The notes below the pieces were generated by a model. That model worked only from the letters and a program-made list of their open reading frames with translations, was not told the DNA's origin and did no database searches. Of a DNA stretch of 64,000 nucleotides, positions 61,880-64,000 are shown piece by piece. This DNA is from Solirubrobacteraceae bacterium (GTDB taxonomy: Bacteria; Actinomycetota; Thermoleophilia; Solirubrobacterales; Solirubrobacteraceae): the NCBI GenBank assembly GCA_050252545.1, contig JBFWKS010000001.1:3932-67931 (forward strand), read 5' to 3'. A program made the position numbers and the translations under genes. Numbering within the stretch: position 1 is the stretch's first letter; every line of letters begins with the position of its first letter.

Positions 61880-63421
61880 TCAGGCGGTCCGGCGCCTCCG
61901 GCCCGCCACGTAACCGACGACGGCGTCGACGACGAGGAACGCCACGAGGGTCACCCCGAGCACCGGCAGGCACCACCCGACCACCGCGGCGGCGACGATC
62001 AGGACGGCGAGGACGCGGCGGTCGACGTGGCGCCACGCCCCACGCGCGGGCATCCGGGTCCGTGGCCGTCGCGCCCACCACATCCGGTAGCCGAGCACGA
62101 TCAGCACCAGCAGCGCGATCGCGATCGACGCCAGGACGATCTGGTTGACGATCCCGAACAGGTTGCCCATGTGGGCCTGGATCCCCCACCCCGCGAGCTT
62201 CGCGACGAGCGACCAGTCGGCGAACCGCACCGCGTCGGTCACCGCCCGGCCGGTCGGGTCGAGCGCCATCGCGTCGCGCCGCATCGGCCAACGGTCACGC
62301 GCCTCGGTGACCGTGAACCCCCGGCCGTCGACGGTCGGGACCGAGATCGACATCGGGTCCCGCAGACCGTGCGCGCGCGCCGTCGCCACCGCGGTGTCGG
62401 TCACGACGAGCCGGGCCTGCTCACCCCGCAGATCGGCGTCACCATCGACCGTCGACGGACCCCCGTGGTCGTGCCCCCGTGCTCGCCGCCCCCACCGTCG
62501 GCACCGACCGCGGTCACCGTCGGCGTCGTCCACGACAGCGACGAGCGCAGCTCGCCGAACTTCGCCCCAGCATGCTGCGACCAGGTCAGCCCGGTCGCCG
62601 ACAGGCCGAGCAGCCCGACGGCGAAGATCGTGCCCACCACGGCGTGGCGGGAGAGGCGCCGCGTCCGGGCAGGACCGCCGCGGTCGGGTAGCACCAGTCG
62701 GCGCAGACGACCGGTCCGCGCCCGTCGGCGCACCCACAGCACGACACCGCCGAGCACGATCACCCACAGCCAGCTCGCCGCCGCCTCGCTGTAGTTGCGC
62801 CCGACCGCGCCCAGGTGGAGGCCGCTGTGCAGATCGGCGAACCACGTGCGCAGCGGCATCGAGCCGAACTCCGTGTCGCGGACGCCACGGACCGCTGCGG
62901 TGGCCGGTGCGACGAACACCGTGCGCTGGCGGCCCTCGGGCAGTCCGGGCACGTCGAGGACGACGCGCGTCGTTTCCCCCGGCGACGCGCGTCGTTTCCC
63001 CCGGCGACGCGGGCGTGCGGACACTGCTGATCGTGCCCTCCGGATGCGCACGTCGGGCGGCCTGGATCTGCTCGGCGATCGGGCGCGGCGACCCACCGGA
63101 CGGGGACCGCAGCTCCTGGTCGTAGACGACGCGCTCGACCTGGGGGAGGACGGTGTAGACGAGACCCGTCGTAAGCGCCACGACGAGGAACGGTGCGACG
63201 AACAGCCCCGCCAGGACGTGGAGGCGCAGGACGAGCGGACGAAGCGAAAGCCGCCGCGGCGGACCGGTCGGGTCGATGAACGGTGGGCCGCCCGGATCGG
63301 AGGGCGGCGGGTCGCCCGGGTTGACGATGGACGGAGGCGTCGGGGACGCGCTGGGGGACGACGGCACGGATGCAGCCATGAGCGACGCGGCATCGGGCCG
63401 GTCGGGCGGTACGGAAGGCAC
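61880..63421 (-). pseudogene. PepSY-associated TM helix protein with two mutually compensating frameshifts
   Basis: N-terminal LHVLAG and C-terminal AHMG in one frame; middle WFADLHSGLHLG and TM helices in another frame; 22-bp duplication 62961-63004 and G5 run 62474-62478; GAGGAG RBS before GTG 63421. Confidence 0.8.
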
Positions 63422-63770
63422 GGGGCTCCTCGAGTCGGTGATGGTGGGATCGGGGCGCTCGTGCGCGCGGCGGCCCGCGCTTGGGGAGCGGCCCTCCGAC
63501 CATTGGGGCTCGAAGATGGGACGACCGACCGGCCGGACGCCGCGGCGCCCGGACCGCTCGGGCGGCGCGCCGGGGGCGACGGCGCCGGGCCCGGTGCCAA
63601 CCCAGGATCCGGCGCTCGCCCGGGTAGAACCCGGCGAGCAGCGGTGCCGCCAACGCCAGCGCGGGCGCCAGCAGGGCGACGACCTCGCCCGAGCCGGGAA
63701 CCGCGATCGCGACGATCGCCGCGAGCAGCGCAAGGCCCGACAGGGCGAAGGCGAGCCGTCGACGGGGCAT
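62760..63770 (-). CDS. Upstream ORF with N-terminal TM helices and an RGPP motif at residues 98-101 (probable leader peptide; frame runs on without an early stop)
   Basis: MPRRRLAFALSGLALLAAIVAIAV...ALALAAPLLAGFYPGE...PLPKRGPP; RGPP codons 63479-63468. Confidence 0.55.
   Translation of the reverse strand: MPRRRLAFALSGLALLAAIVAIAVPGSGEVVALLAPALALAAPLLAGFYPGERRILGWHRARRRRPRRAARAVRAPRRPAGRSSHLRAPMVGGPLPKRGPPRARAPRSHHHRLEEPRAFRTARPARCRVAHGCIRAVVPQRVPDASVHRQPGRPAALRSGRPTVHRPDRSAAAAFASSARPAPPRPGGAVRRTVPRRGAYDGSRLHRPPPGRARRLRPGAAVPVRWVAAPDRRADPGRPTCASGGHDQQCPHARVAGGNDARRRGKRRASSSTCPDCPRAASARCSSHRPPQRSVASATRSSARCRCARGSPICTAASTWARSGATTARRRRAGCG
62961..63004. repeat. Exact 22-bp tandem duplication
   Basis: CGACGCGCGTCGTTTCCCCCGG x2, followed by a 7-bp CGACGCG microhomology (63005-63011). 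Confidence 0.95.
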
Positions 63771-63824
63771 CGGAGCGCGAGGATACTCCCGCGTACCGGC
63801 CCACCGCCCGACCGAGGAACCCCC

Positions 63825-64000
63825 ATGTCCACGTCAAGCGCCGCACCGAGGATCGACCCGGCCGACTACCTCGACATCGACCGGCTGCTCTCCGACGACG
63901 AGCGCGGCATCCGCGATGTCGTCCGCACGTTCGTCCGCGACCGCGTCCTGCCGGACATCGCGGACTGGTTCGAGGCCGGAACCGCACCGCAGGACCTCTT
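63825..64000 (+). CDS. Acyl-CoA dehydrogenase, glutaryl-CoA dehydrogenase-like (5-prime part, runs off window)
   Basis: DYLDIDRLLSDDERGIRDVVRTFVRDRVLPDIADWFEAG; GAGGA RBS. Confidence 0.75.
   Translation, partial: MSTSSAAPRIDPADYLDIDRLLSDDERGIRDVVRTFVRDRVLPDIADWFEAGTAPQDL

Overview
Very GC-rich actinobacterial chromosome segment. It is probably Thermoleophilia/Solirubrobacterales (Patulibacter/Conexibacter-like); this is inferred from gene families and was not searched. The main loci are: (i) a complete mycofactocin locus, mftR | mftABCDEFG, including a 45-aa mftA the ORF track missed; (ii) an Mce lipid-import operon (SCP2 - ABC ATPase - two YrbE permeases - six MCE proteins - unknown ORF) followed by a rubredoxin and a PucR-family regulator; (iii) two paralogous GAF-LuxR regulators, two paralogous cytochrome P450s, a second SCP2, a Zn alcohol dehydrogenase, an acyl-CoA ligase and several acyl-CoA dehydrogenases/SDRs; (iv) a triacylglycerol/wax-ester operon (plsB - HAD/plsC - gpsA - WS/DGAT - lipase); (v) a SNF2 helicase with a truncated partner, a histone/H-NS-like protein, lhgO and a frameshifted PepSY-TM gene preceded by a transmembrane uORF carrying an RGPP arrest-like motif. 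Intergenic DNA contains two recurring motif families, a 17-bp N5 inverted repeat and a 16-18-bp semi-palindrome. These suggest a layered PucR/GAF-LuxR/MftR regulon linking lipid import, P450 oxidation, mycofactocin redox and lipid storage. No rRNA, tRNA, CRISPR array or transposase was seen. Three loci carry frameshifts.
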